This document shows, one piece after another, positions 1 to 12,399 of a stretch of 64,000 nt of DNA. Made by a program: the position numbers and the translations under genes. The notes below the pieces were generated by a model that was not told the origin of the DNA, searched no databases, and saw only the letters and a list, made by a program, of their open reading frames with translations. Numbering within the stretch: the first letter of the stretch is position 1; each line of letters opens with the position of its first letter. The stretch spans positions 9,732,287 through 9,796,286 of the forward strand of contig OZ316899.1 of NCBI GenBank assembly GCA_973895155.1, given 5' to 3'. The DNA is from Marsupella aquatica (lineage: Eukaryota > Plantae > Marchantiophyta).

Positions 1-1810
1 TTTCTGTTGTTGAATTCTTTGCTTTGTGGAGTGCAGGAATTCAAGCCCAGCAAACACAATGTGGACGTCATGCACATTGAGAAAAATATTTGTGAGAGCT
101 TGCTGAAGTTCTTGTCGGGTGAGAAAGATACAGGAGCAGTTTGAGATGATATGCAACAGAAGGGGATTCACCCTCACCTTTGGTTGAAGCCCCATGCAAG
201 CAATCCCAAATGAATGTACTTCTCAAGTTCCAAGCTCCCTATGTGTGCACACAGGAAGAATGGAAGACATTCTTGTATAGATTGAGCTGTCTGAAAGTGC
301 CCTCTGGCTATGCTGGTGCCTTCAAGAAGCATATTACAAAGAATAAACTTGGCAGTATGAAAACACATGACTACCATGTGTTGATGCAGCACATTCTGCC
401 CCTATGCCTCAGAGGTCTCATGCAGAAACCAGTCCGTAATGTCATTCTTCGACTGTGCAATGTATTTCGCCGTATATGTGTGAAAGTGTGGGATCCCCAA
501 GGATTGGAGCAGTTGAAGCAGGATGCTGCTTATGTCCTCTGTGACTTGGAGATATACTTCCCCCCTGCTTTCTTTGATGTTATGACTCATCTCCTAATCC
601 ATGTGGTAGAAGAGCTAGGGCAGTATGGGCCAGTCAGTCCGAGATGGATGTACCCTATGGAGCGATACATGAAGTTGTTGAAAGGTCATGTGAGAACATA
701 CTACAGGCCAGAGGCTTCCATGGCATTCATTAAGGATGAGACGTTGGGGTTCCTAACAGAGTACATGGCTGGGTCTGGTGAAGCTATGACAAGAGTTTGG
801 AAATCTGGTGAAGATGATGGAGTGAGTGGCGAGGTTGTTGAAGGTGTGGGACGTGCTGTTCAGCTGCCTGTTGCAATTTGAGACAAGGCTCATTCATATG
901 TGCTGGCAAACACAGAGCCTATGCAACCATGGTGGAGGTGAGTGATTGAATTGACTTGCCTTTGTTGTGATGCTTCTTGTCTGTTCCAAGGGTGATCTTA
1001 GGTTGTCATGTGTTGTTTAGACCTAACTATGCCTGTACCTCATATTGCAGGGAATATGATATGCAAAAAGCTGCACACTCTGGGCAGCAGGATCCCTTCC
1101 CACAGTTCGAGCAGTGAATTTGGGTGACAATTCGAGAGCATAGTAGACATCACCCAGATATGGAGAAGGATTTGTATCTTCTATCTGTGCCACCACGATT
1201 GTCTATTCTGACCTACAAACGGATGAGAGCTTATGGAAATCATTATCAAGTGAGGGATGAGCAGGGTGACCATTGTGTATCATATGATTGTGGTTTGATT
1301 TATGTGTTTGAGCAAAGAACCTCTGAAGAACAGAGGGGGTGGATGAAGATGGGTTACATGGGGGAGTTGACCAACATTTGGGTGTTGAATTATGGTAACA
1401 CAAGTGTCCCAGTGATATTGATGAAGGGATCATGGGTGAAATCAGAGTGGCAGAGACCAAGGGCCACCATGAAGCATGATCATGATGGGTTCTTGTTGGC
1501 CAATTTTAGGTCCAGAGTACCAAAATGGTCTGAGCCTTTTGTTTTCCCTAGCCAAGTTGAACTGGCTTTCTTTGCAGATGTGGAGGAGTCACATGGCTGG
1601 AGGGTGGTATGCCATAGCCAAGCACGGAACAGGTGGATGGATGGAAGTAAAGTAGAGTTCAGTTTGGATGACCATGCTGCATTCGAGCATCCTAGTCACG
1701 AGACTGTACTTCCAACTCGGGCAGGGACTAACTACATCCCCTTAACATTGAGAGAGACATATGATGAACCTGGGCAAATGGAATATGATGAGGTTGATGA
1801 TTTGCAATAG
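1..1810 (+). pseudogene. CACTA Tnp2/TnpD transposase C-terminal part (DUF4218/DUF4216-like), with in-frame stops
   Basis: Motifs DVMHIEKNICE, MKTHDYHVLMQ, LEIYFPPAFFDVMTHL, GPVSPRWMYPMERYM and EPFVFPSQV. Probable GT-AG intron at about 938-1050. Confidence 0.9.
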
Positions 1811-1960
1811 GCAACAGCTGGCGATTGGCAAGTATGAGGTTGAGGATGACTACCTGCACAGAGTCACAGAACGGGAATTGTTGCCTGGAATGATGTTTAG
1901 GATAGTTGGATATGCATGAAATTGATTGATACTTGTGGTTGTGGGTGCTGTGCAGAAGCT

Positions 1961-4900
1961 ATGGGGGAAGAGGGTGATGACATGGAGACAGACATGGGGC
2001 TTGGAGAGTGGGGTGAAGAGGAAAGATTGGATATGGATGGAGACCCAGATGCAGGGGGCTCACAAAAAAATGCACCTTTGCAAGATGCACAGGGCCCTCA
2101 TCAAGTCCCAGGTAGGTGGGCAGCTAGAGAGAAATCACATAATCCATACCCTAGAAGGAGCCAGAGTTATTGGCAAGGGACGCCTGATAATTATGATGAT
2201 GACTATGATGGAGCAGAAGATGGATGGGATGAATATGAACACCCAGAGCGTGGTAGAGACGGGTACAGAGGGCAATGGAAAGGTGAGGAGGATGATTGGA
2301 CAAGTAAGTGCCTTGTGCTAGTGATTTTGTGATGGTAGTAGAGATTTAGCTCAATATGGACTTATCTGATGTGTAGCTAGGGCAAAGAGTTTATCTTACA
2401 GGTCCATGAGTGTGGCATGTACCTGTTGGTATGCAGACTCTGATTGGGACAATCACGAAAACAACAAAGGCCATCCACATTCAGATAGGAGGCAATCATT
2501 CACAGGCGGGAGAAACGGCCCTAATTCATCAAGACAAAGCAATAGGACAGGTGGTCTAGAACCATCTATGCGCCAAGGGAGAGGTAACTTGGTCATTGCA
2601 GAATTGCTCTGAAGTCCAGTGTATATTTGGCAGCAGGATTTATGATTCATACTTACCTAATGGATCCTGTAAATGTGCAGGGACTCCAGGGAGGTTTGGA
2701 CAATGCAATCCAGGCCGTGGGGGGAGATCAGGCCGTGGAGGGACCCCAGGCCGTGGAGGGACCCCATGCCGTGGGGGGACACCAGGCCGTGGAGGGACAC
2801 CTAGTAGCGCTTCAGGGAGTACCAAGGCAGGAGACAGTAACAAATTTGGTAAAGTAGAAGTGAATTCCAATGGTTGGATAACTCCCACATGTGATGGTAA
2901 GAACCATTGGCATTCTGACCTAAGAGGAGAAGTATTGCGTTGGTTAGATTTGAGCATTACAGAGTTTAGGAGTCAGAACAAAACTGATTGGGCTGCTATC
3001 TGCAAGGACATTCTTGAACGGTGGGACTATGTTGGTAATGATGGTAAGGGCCCAGTTGAAGATTGCATATCAGATTATGCAATGAGGATTTTGAAACAAG
3101 AGAGGCATAGGTTGAAAAGGATGTGGATAGACAATGGTTCTAACAGGAGAATGCCACCACCCCCATCATTGGAATTGGATCAATGGACACGGTTAATCAA
3201 AGGGTTCATGTCGGAGGCTGGGCAGAGCAAGAGTGAACTGATGTCAAATGCTCAAGGCAAAGTGAAACACCTGTCACAGGCTGGGAGAGGAAGTTATGCT
3301 CCAGTGAAAGAACAATTGGTAAGGCAGTGACATGCCTGATAGTAAGCCTCAAACTTATCATCTTGCTACCATTATTACATTTTCATTGACAATCAACACT
3401 TGGTTTCATTCATATGTATGTTGATGTGGACTGCAAAAGAAATTGACAGGTGAAGAAGCATCAGCACAAGAAGTGAGAGAGGAGTTCATGAAACAAAGGA
3501 GTGAGGTGACAAGTGTGACTTCCAAACAGGTGATTATGTTGTAATTCTGTATGTTCTGTGACTATTTGGCCTTGAGCATCAGAAAGAATTGTAGTAGGAA
3601 GTAAGCAACCAGTTCTTGGGGACAATTATCTGAGATATGTAAGCTGTGTTATGACAGGGAACTATTACAACTCTCACAGAGATGTGTGAATGGTTGAAGT
3701 CATTAGAGTGTGGACTCCCTCGAGTGGAAAGTAAATTGGCTGATCGTTTGGATATTGTGGAGGCATCTGTAGTGAACCTTCTTGCATTAGTGGAATCTAA
3801 TTTCAAGCTTGTGATTGAAAAATTGGGTGGTTCCCAACCAAACAATGAGGGCAACATTGTACAAAGTGTGCCCTTGTTAACAAAAAAAGGAACTGGCAAA
3901 TCTGACACAGGTATGGAAATGACACCGGCCCATTGTTCATTGTGTCCTATGTTCAAATGTTAGAAGTAAGTTTTCATGAATTGAGTGAATGGTTTGAATG
4001 CAGGAAGAGTGGAGGCAGAGAAGGACCCTGTAATCAGTAAGCAGAATGGCAAAAAGGTTGTTGAGACAGGTAACCTGCTATGATCCAGTACATTACATTT
4101 GAAAAGTGCATGGAGTTTTGTGAAGCTTAAGCCGGTTGGAGGTAATCTTTTTTGTAAGAACTGGTTGGATCAACTGGGATCTGAAGTGACAACATGATTG
4201 ATGTATCAGGTGATTCAAAGAGCAATGAAAAAGATGTGCCCAATGCCTCAGTGACCATAGCCAAGGAGGTATCAGGTAAGCTGATGCTTCAAATTCCTCT
4301 CCTACCATTGTTGAGAAACAATTCAGTGGTTAATAGATTGAACCTGAATATTGTGGTGTGTTTATTGATCAGCAGAAGCAGACATGGAGGATATGGCAAT
4401 GGCAAAGAAGGGGAAGAAGGCTGTTCATAATGGTAAGGAGATAGTGACAACTTTGTGGTTGGTGACATGTACATGGCGCACATGTGATGAGTGAATCACT
4501 TATGTTGGACAATGCACTGAATTGTAGTTGATGCAGAGTTGACAGACTCTCAACCAAGTGGGAGCAGGGTGAAGCAACGTCGAAACTTGGGAGCAACATT
4601 GGATGCAAGTAAGATTGTAGATGCTTCAATTGAAGCAAGTACAATGTTGGCAGATACTGAGATGATGTCGCAAGGAAATCCTGCTACACAATCGGAAGTG
4701 TCAAATATGGATGCAGATTCTTTGAAGAAGAGTGTAGCCAATTCTCGATCACCAGCACAAAACACTCGTGCCAAAGTCATGACTTGCAACCAAGGTATGA
4801 ATAATGTCATGTATAAGCCACCCAGGAAAGCCAAGAAAAACAGCCAGGGTAAGGTGGAGGTGATAGCCACAACAGAGCCAGTCCATAATCTTCTATCATG

Positions 4901-5129
4901 GGAGGATGACTCGCAGGTATGTGTGGGTACAGGCATTTTGCGACTGGATCATGCTAAATTCCATGGCAAAGTGGTCCCGGATGACCATGTAGTAGTGTTG
5001 TTGTCTATAGTGATTGTATCTGATTGTAATTTGCCATTTCCGAATAGAGACGATGATCCACCTCAGGAAATAATTGCAGATGTAGTAGGATCTCTTGTGC
5101 TCTGGCCATCAGAGTGTGTTAGTCTGTAG
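1961..5129 (+). CDS. CACTA second gene (TnpA-like), multi-exon; exon boundaries approximate
   Basis: Acidic and RGG-rich N-terminus, a Ptta/En/Spm-like core (2670-3319), and a final exon FHGKVVPDDHVVV...LPFP...VGSLVLWP typical of the TNP1 C-terminal domain. Several GT-AG-bounded segments lie between these. Confidence 0.7.
2710..2799 (+). repeat. 18-bp coding tandem repeat (about 5 copies) encoding (P)GRGGT
   Basis: CCAGGCCGTGGAGGGACC-like units are seen directly. Confidence 0.9.
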
Positions 5130-5520
5130 TGACTGAATACAAGTGTAGATAGAATCATGTGAATTGTGTTACATTTTGACATTGCCTTGGAAAGATCCAA
5201 GAAATATCTGTACCAATTTTTCCATTTGGTAAAGAGGATGAAGGAGCCGTTGTGTGTGACATTGATATTTCTGAATTCTGTATGTATGAAACAAGTGATT
5301 GATGTCAAACTATGGCTCTATGGTGATTGTCTATGATACTTGAATCTGTTTTGTATCATTTTAGTATTAGTGTGTATGGTATAGACGAATGCTTTGTGAC
5401 CTTCTTTGTAGTCTATGATGTTTGAATCTGTGAATTCATATTAGTGTACATGGTATAGAAGATGGCTTTCTGAAAATTTGTGTGAAGTTCTAATGTTAAC
5501 ATGGTGAATGGTGACCTTAT

Positions 5521-6033
5521 AGAGTGAGTTCATTCCAAGTACACAATAAAACATGAATGGAATGTGTTATTTGTGCACAAGAGTGAGTTCATTCCAAGTA
5601 GTATAGTGGGGTCTTCATCACTCATTTCCAGTTGACATGAAAGACTTGTACATACCCCACAAAGTGTCTACTTTAGTCGTTTTATAAACCCCCACAAAGT
5701 GTCTACTTTAGTCATTTTATAAACCCACAAAGTATACTTAAAGACTACCCTCCATAACCTTTTGAGTCGTTCCCAATGACTCACCATCGCAGCCCATAAA
5801 AGACTGAAAAAGACTCACCAAACCTACCCACACAAAGACTACAATAGACTGAAAATCCAGTCTATAAAACGACTTGTAAATCAGTTCTATAAAGGACTCA
5901 GTTGATTATAGTAACAAAACATACGACTCATAGTCCTATAAAGGACTGGAGTCCTTCCCAGTCGTTTCCAAGTCCTATACGGTACTAAATAGTCGTTTAA
6001 TGGGGTCTAAATACCCCCCGGTTTCTACTAGTG
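5521..6033. repeat. CACTA 3' subterminal repeats and terminal inverted repeat
   Basis: AGAGTGAGTTCATTCCAAGTA twice (5521, 5580), CCCCACAAAGTGTCTACTTTAGTC tandem copies, many AAAGACT/AGTC motifs, and a TAGTG end. Confidence 0.8.
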
Positions 6034-7115
6034 TTCCTACTTATTCCATAATTTTCATTGTCACCCTCGTGTTTCCCTCCTCCCTTCCTCTTTCTCCTCC
6101 CTCCTTCCGCTTCCATTGTACTCCCTCCCTTTTCCATCCTTCATTGTACCTCCCTCCATCCTCCCTTCCTCTTCCCTCCTTCCCCCTCCATATATTGGAC
6201 CATCCACCCTCTTCATTCCCTCCCCTCATACTAATCTTAATTTTTAGTTTGCAAACAATTTTCAAAACTCATAACAACTCACCGGACTCGCAATATCTAT
6301 GAATGTGCTTGTTTCTCAATTTTCCCATACTATACCCTTCGCAACGTTGTGATGCAAAATGTATCACAACTTTCATATCTTCAACGTTTTGCAAACCTCC
6401 CATCCTGCAACCTTCTTAAACTTGTCAAACAACTACTCTCGCAAACAAGTTTCAATCCAAACTTATTTGCAAATATTTGTATCAGTCAGTTTTGGAGTCG
6501 TCGAGCAATTTTGACGTCTTGAAAAGTCGCCTTTCCATTCGGCGCGTTTCGGTAAAACTTGCAAACTCACATACTTTGCAACTTATTAGCAATATGACGC
6601 ACTTCAAATATAATATTTGCAATAGCAATAGAATTGCAAAGTGCAATTTGGGTTGATTTGCAAAGTATGCCAAGCGCCGCCCATCAGAAATGCAAGAGCA
6701 TTGACAAAATACCTTTGCAAAAGTGTCAAATATGTTGTAGTTGTTACAAGGAGGATACCATAGCCAACAAGTTGCTCCAACCTCCAACATTTTGTGATGC
6801 CTTGCCAGGATCATGAAGTACTTAGTTAAGCCTAAAATAATGGCTAAATAAAGATTAGGTAGATAGAATAAGGGAGGAATAAGGATTGAAGCCGATTGCA
6901 ACGTGTTCGGGGGAGATTGTGATAGGATCGGATCCAACGGTCGCGATTAAGTGGGATTAGGGTTATGACCTAATCGGGGCTTGATCAGGTAAGCCATCAG
7001 GAGGCGGCTTTGTAGGGAGGGGACCGACACTCTGTACACTTGTGCAATTGCTTGTTCGATCAACCTAGGGAGGTGGAATCAGCTGTCGATCGATCGGGGG
7101 AGGTGGTTTGGGAAA

Positions 7116-10100
7116 TTGCACAAGTTCTTGGCATTTGGTGGAATGAACACAGTGAATCAGGCAAGGAAGTTTTGGGGCTGTTTGCTTGAAGAAGCAAGGC
7201 AGCTGATACCTACGTATGAAGACGTTGAGCCAGAGCGCGCATCCAGAGAACGAGCAGAGCTTGCGCGATTGTGGGGAATTCACAAATCGGCATTCGTAGA
7301 TACGGAGGAGGTGTTGGAAAAGTTCTCGTGGACACCCACCAGTGCGGAGCTTGACGAATTGCTGATTCGGGAGAATAAGGTCATGGGGATCAGGGAGGCA
7401 ATCAAGAACGCAGGGCAGCCACTTTGGGAATTAAAGGGTCACACTACGAAGTGGTTGAAGGCAACTATTCTTGGGGAGTATTCAGGCGCTGAAGAGATGA
7501 AGCGCAAGGGAGGTTTGGCATCCGCAACTCCAGCAAAGCGAACTAGGTCAGAGAGACCAATCAAGATGGAATCCGGGCCAGTTAGAGATCGGGCTATAGA
7601 GGATAAAACCATGACAGGGTGGGCGGACAGGTTACCTGTCGATTTACAATTACAGTTCGTAAGAGATGAGGATGAGGTCTTCATTGCCGTTCAGGATAAT
7701 AAATATGTAGGATATATAAATGACACTGGGTTGGAGGGCTTTGTCAGGTTGTCCTGGAGGATGGTAGACATACCGGATGAGGATTTGTTGGACTTCGTGG
7801 GATGCTGGGAGGCTTCTTCCAACACGACGTTGTTGTATGGAAAGGTGTTCGAACTAACACCTGCGCTTATCAAAGCCGTGTTCGCTCTACCAATTGGAAG
7901 GAAGACTAAGGTGGAGCAGAGGAAGACGTTGCCGGATGACCAGTTCAGGTCATTTCCAAGGCCTTCCACTAAGAATGGGTTTTTTAGGAATCAATATACC
8001 AACCCACATATAGGGCAGCTGATTGATTTCCTGAGAGTCACATTGCATTGTACCTTGCCAAGAGCAGAAATCGGCAAAGCCCAGGTATTTTTGGTGGAGA
8101 ATATCAATGCAAGCTGAGACTACAACGGCTATCTCTTAATGCAGTTGAAGAAGGCATTAAACGAAGAGAAGCAGAGCATTGGGGAGGGAGCGGTATCCAA
8201 ACTAGGGTACCATCTGCAATTACTTTGCCGATATGCAAGAAGCCAGTCTTTTGCACCAGTGTTGCCTATACAAGAGCGGATGCAGATCACTGCACCACTT
8301 GAGGAGGTGGAGGAGGACGAGGAGCCTCTAAACATATGACGCCATGGGATGAGGTCGGCAACACAGGCAACACGAGAACGGGAGCATTCCCCTATCAAGG
8401 AGCCAAAGGTAGTAACATATGATGTAGTGAGAAATCCGTTGCGCCGGCCTACTCGTAATAATCCATATGCAGGCATCCAGTTGGTCGAGAGGAAGATGAC
8501 TGCCAAAGAGAGAAAGAAATATGACGAGCAAATGGATTTAGAGACAGATGAGGAGGTAAGCCGAAGCCAGGAGAGGCTGGTAGTAAGATCTTCTAGCAGA
8601 GCCCATGTGGAGGGACCCGTGGAGGAAGGTCAACCAACAGCAGCCCAACAATATTCAGAGGAAGAGATCGGGGGCTTTGGAGGAGAGGCCGGCATGCAAG
8701 GTAGTCAGGTTAATGTGGATGATTATGACGACGACTATGTCGATCACGGGGAGAGGCCGGTACCAGGAGTTAGAACGATGGGAAGGTTTTGTAGAAGACT
8801 TCCCGCGGTCTTCTATGGCAAGCCGGAGGACCAGAAAACACCAGAATCTCCTCCACCAGATGTGATGCCATTGGAATTTGACAAGATGAAGGAAGCTGAA
8901 GTCGGGCTACATGAGAAGATTAAGGAGTGGGGGGCTCGGAATGCAGAACAGGATTGCCAACTACCAGGAGGAGAGTGGCCGGAAGAAATAAGACGGCTTA
9001 GTAAGAGGCAAGCTGAGCCTCTCACTGACTTTGATCAATTACGGGCAGAGGCTTGGGAGAGACAACCTCGATGGCAGATGCCAGTATCACCTGGGAGGTC
9101 AAACTATGCAAGAAATTGGGCTAAGGAGTATGGAGACATGTGTGGACTCTTAGCCTTAGAAATCTTTGGCAACGAGTTAGAATCCGGGCCATTTCTTAGA
9201 AAAGAAATGGCTGATCAGACGAGACTGGAGGAGGCAATGACATTGGAGCGATGGAAGAAGGAGGAAGTGATCGCTCGGCTTCGTGGCATGAAAGCAGAGG
9301 TGGCTAATTCAAGGATGAATCAACAAGCACAGTAGGATCTCTTGGCTAAGCAGTAGGAATTGGAAGTGGCAAACAACCAATTAGGAAACTACCAATTGGA
9401 TAACCAGCAGATCAAGGAAAAGTTGACGAAGGTAGAGCTGGAGTTAGCCGATTCAAAAGTAGAAGTACAAGGTTTAAATCGCCAAGTCGAGAGGCTCAGA
9501 AAGACGGCTAAGGAGCAGGCCACCCAGAGTGAGAAGGCCTTGGCTGAAGCCCAAAGGAAGTATGACAACTTACTCGACCGGTTGGAGGCCATGCGTGAGA
9601 AGCATGATGACGCCATGTGCACAACGGCCAATGATCACCTAAACCGGGTTCAACAGATACGCAAGGAGCTTTAGGAGGAGCTAACCAGGACAAAGCAGGC
9701 ATGGACGGACGAGGTCACAAAACTGGAACTTATCAATGACTCCTTGAAGGCAGCCAAAGATAAGCAAGAGTTGGAGGTCGTGCAGATCTTAAATGAGGAG
9801 CTGAAGACGGCCAGGGCCGAGATACTACGGCTTAACGATGAAGTTGAAGATGTATCTCAGGAATTGGAGGAGGCCAAGGATAAGATGATTGGGTTGCAGA
9901 GGCATGCCGACAATCACACAGAGAAATTGAAGAAGTATGCCGAAGCGGGATATGGGTTACCAACTGAAAGGCTTCCCGTCAGCAGTATGGTAAGCGGAGT
10001 TACAATAAAACCGAAGCCAAAGCCGAGCTCATTATTGTCAAGCGTGACTGGGGGCAAAGCCATGCAGTTGGTGGCAGATTTGGCAAAAACATTTATGGGG

Positions 10101-10866
10101 TCGGGCGATAATAAAGTTAAGCCCCTTAAAGCCACTCCGGAAGAAGTTGAGAGCATGGCCGCTCACATTTGCGGTACTGTGGCCCTGAAGGCAGCTGTGG
10201 TAGAAGGGGTATGGCATGCGTGACAGTAAACAGGAAACAGGTTTACTGGTACCAATAAAAATTTTCCTGTTACCAACAAAAATTTACTGTTACCAGGAAA
10301 AATAACAATGTCAAAATATTTTCTAAAACGTCAAATTTTCCAAAAAAATTTAAATTATAACATTTTTTGGCTAGCTTTGGGCGCTAGCATTACCAGCGTC
10401 GGGCGCTAGCAAAAAAAGAAAAATTCGAAAAAAACAAACAAACTTTTTTTTCCAAAAAAAAAAATTCAAAAAAAATTCCAAAAAAATTACCACTCATTTC
10501 CTGTTATCTGTTTCCTGTTACTGTTTGCTGTTTGCTGTTACTGTTTGCTGTTTCCTGTCGTTTGTAAATACCCCGGTAGAAGTAAGTACTGCGGATCAAC
10601 TTGGAGCTGCGGTAACAGGATCAGACGATGGTACTGCTTCTATGGACGCCCAGAACGTGAAGCCGTGGGTTCTCGAGACCGAGCGCATCGGGGAGCAGGA
10701 TTGGATTGAGGAAGTTAAGGCAAAAGCTCTCCAGGCCGTTACAGAGGAGGAGGAAGCCGAGGCCGAACCCGAAGCCGTAGTTAACGTGACCGAAGGAAGT
10801 CAGCCAAAGCCAAGTACAGGGGAAGGTGCAGAGTCGGACGGCTCGGGATTACCACCGGTCATCTAA
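7116..10866 (+). pseudogene. LTR-internal long ORF (PMD/Transposase_32-like N-terminal domain plus coiled coil), with several stops and a MITE insertion
   Basis: Consecutive same-frame ORFs 7116-8117, 8139-8339, 8349-9335, 9360-9674 and 9744-10205, then the C-terminus after the MITE. They align with 59416-62813. Confidence 0.8.
10206..10574. mobile_element. 369-bp non-autonomous MULE derivative (MITE) related to the element at 13554-31452
   Basis: GGGGTAT...ATACCCC ends, flanking duplication GGTAGAA, AACAG-type subterminal arrays. Absent from the sister LTR copy (about 62505). Confidence 0.9.
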
Positions 10867-12399
10867 CAATTAAGGCGGGCCAATCGTCAGTTGGAAGGAG
10901 GACGTGGCGAAAGGAGAAGGGCTTGGGCCAGGAGGGCGCGGCCGTTGTAGGATGTGGACAGGGCAAGTAGCGCCCTGTCGGCTTGAATAGTTCAATTAAT
11001 GTTTGAGGTCCGGATCCATCGGGTTTTTGGCTTAGGCAGATTAGTCTTGTTTTTGGTTAATTTGGGGTTATCACGGTGGCAGGTCAGGATTGCTGGGGTA
11101 GGCTTTCCGCGCTTCTTTCAGTCACGCTGCAAGGATAAAAACCCGGGCAGCGTGGCGGGGGAGGGGGGTTTCTTAGTCAAGGCTTTAGTGTAAATCTGTA
11201 TTGTTGTGAGCACAGGAAGCTCTCGGCTAAATCTAGACCGCAGGGTATCAGTAAACCACCAGTTCCCTTGGATTTTTGAGCAATTGTTTGAATTGAGTTG
11301 GCCTCATTGCCTAGTTCACAGATTCTTGCCATCCAAGAAGTTGAGTGTTGTGATATCTGTTGCTTGATCAATTTAAGTCAGATAGGGTGAACTGTTGAGC
11401 AAAATACAATTGCATTGTCTTGATTGGAGACTGCCCAATCAAACTCTGAGAGAAAAGTGAGGATTGAGAGTGTTAGTCGCTGAAGTGTGGGTTGAGTCAA
11501 TCTGAAAAAGACCTTCAGCCGGCTGAAGAAATTAAGCCGTAGAGGTACATTACGGGGGCGGAATACAAATATACATGAAGAAGTTAAAGAGGAATTAGGT
11601 GTCTCAGTTGTGCACAATTCACAAGCCTAGTGAAAGAATCGGTCCGGTAAGTGTGGATCGAAGGAGAGTATCGTGTTTCCAAGCTGAATAGCTGCCATAC
11701 GGCAAGAGGACGGACATAAACAAGTGGTTTACGATCGGTTGAGGGTAGTTCTTGGGGTTAGAGGTCTTGGGAAACGCGCCATACATTTACTAATGATCTC
11801 AATCTTAGATACACATGTGAGGTTATAGGAAGGTGGTTGTATAACGGCTCCTTAACCTATGTAGTTAGGGTTAAATCTAGGGTTAGCTTTAACTCATAAC
11901 ACTCCCCCTTGGTTGATTTGAGTATATGTAAAAATCAACCACACTAATGTAAAGTTTAACCCGTATTAGGTCCCATCTATTGTTGGTTTGGTCTCATCAA
12001 AACCCTTCTTCTGGCTATAAGGGAAAGAGTGCCACAACCATTACATAATGTGGGATTAACTAAAGGGGTACTAGGTTTGAGAGTGAGAGTTAGGACTAAT
12101 TAGAGTTTAAGTATCAAAAACAATTTATGAGTCTAATGTAAAGTACATAGAGTGCTCTATGTCAAAAGTGTAAACTTCGGCTGGGCGGTATCAAAGTTGT
12201 TGTGTTGCCATTGGAGTCTTGACACAGAGTGAAGGATTTCTCTCAATAAAGAACGATGTATTCTTTGAAGGTCGTGCGCTATGAGTTGAATGTCGCTGTG
12301 AACTCTGCGGTGCTGGGACGTTGCTGTTTCGAGGTTGCGATGGTGTGCAGTCACCGGGTCCGTCTTCGTGAGAAGAGATAAGTGCTTGCGCCTTTTGTG

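Larger units (their letters stand above)
1..6033 (+). mobile_element. CACTA/En-Spm DNA transposon, 3' portion (5' end outside window)
   Basis: Tnp2-like and TnpA-like coding remnants are followed by subterminal repeats. The terminus ...GGTTTCTACTAGTG ends at 6033 (reverse complement CACTAGTAGAAACC). Confidence 0.92.
6793..11783 (+). mobile_element. Giant Gypsy solo LTR (about 4.6 kb plus a MITE), ORF-bearing subfamily 2, copy 1
   Basis: Starts TGTGATGCC and ends AACGCGCCATA (CA in the sister copy), with 5-bp TSD CATTT. Collinear with 59144-63721. Its termini resemble the LTR at 45459-50182. Confidence 0.88.
6742..11901 (-). repeat. Copia A 3' LTR, split by a 5-kb solo LTR insertion
   Basis: The two halves rejoin to match 55790-55953. 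CATTT is duplicated at 6788-6792 and 11784-11788. Confidence 0.93.

Noticed and set aside
6000-6302. Short ORFs over the CT-rich tract, and the many antisense ORFs in the track
   Set aside because: They are low-complexity or shadow frames of recognised transposon genes, with no independent motifs.
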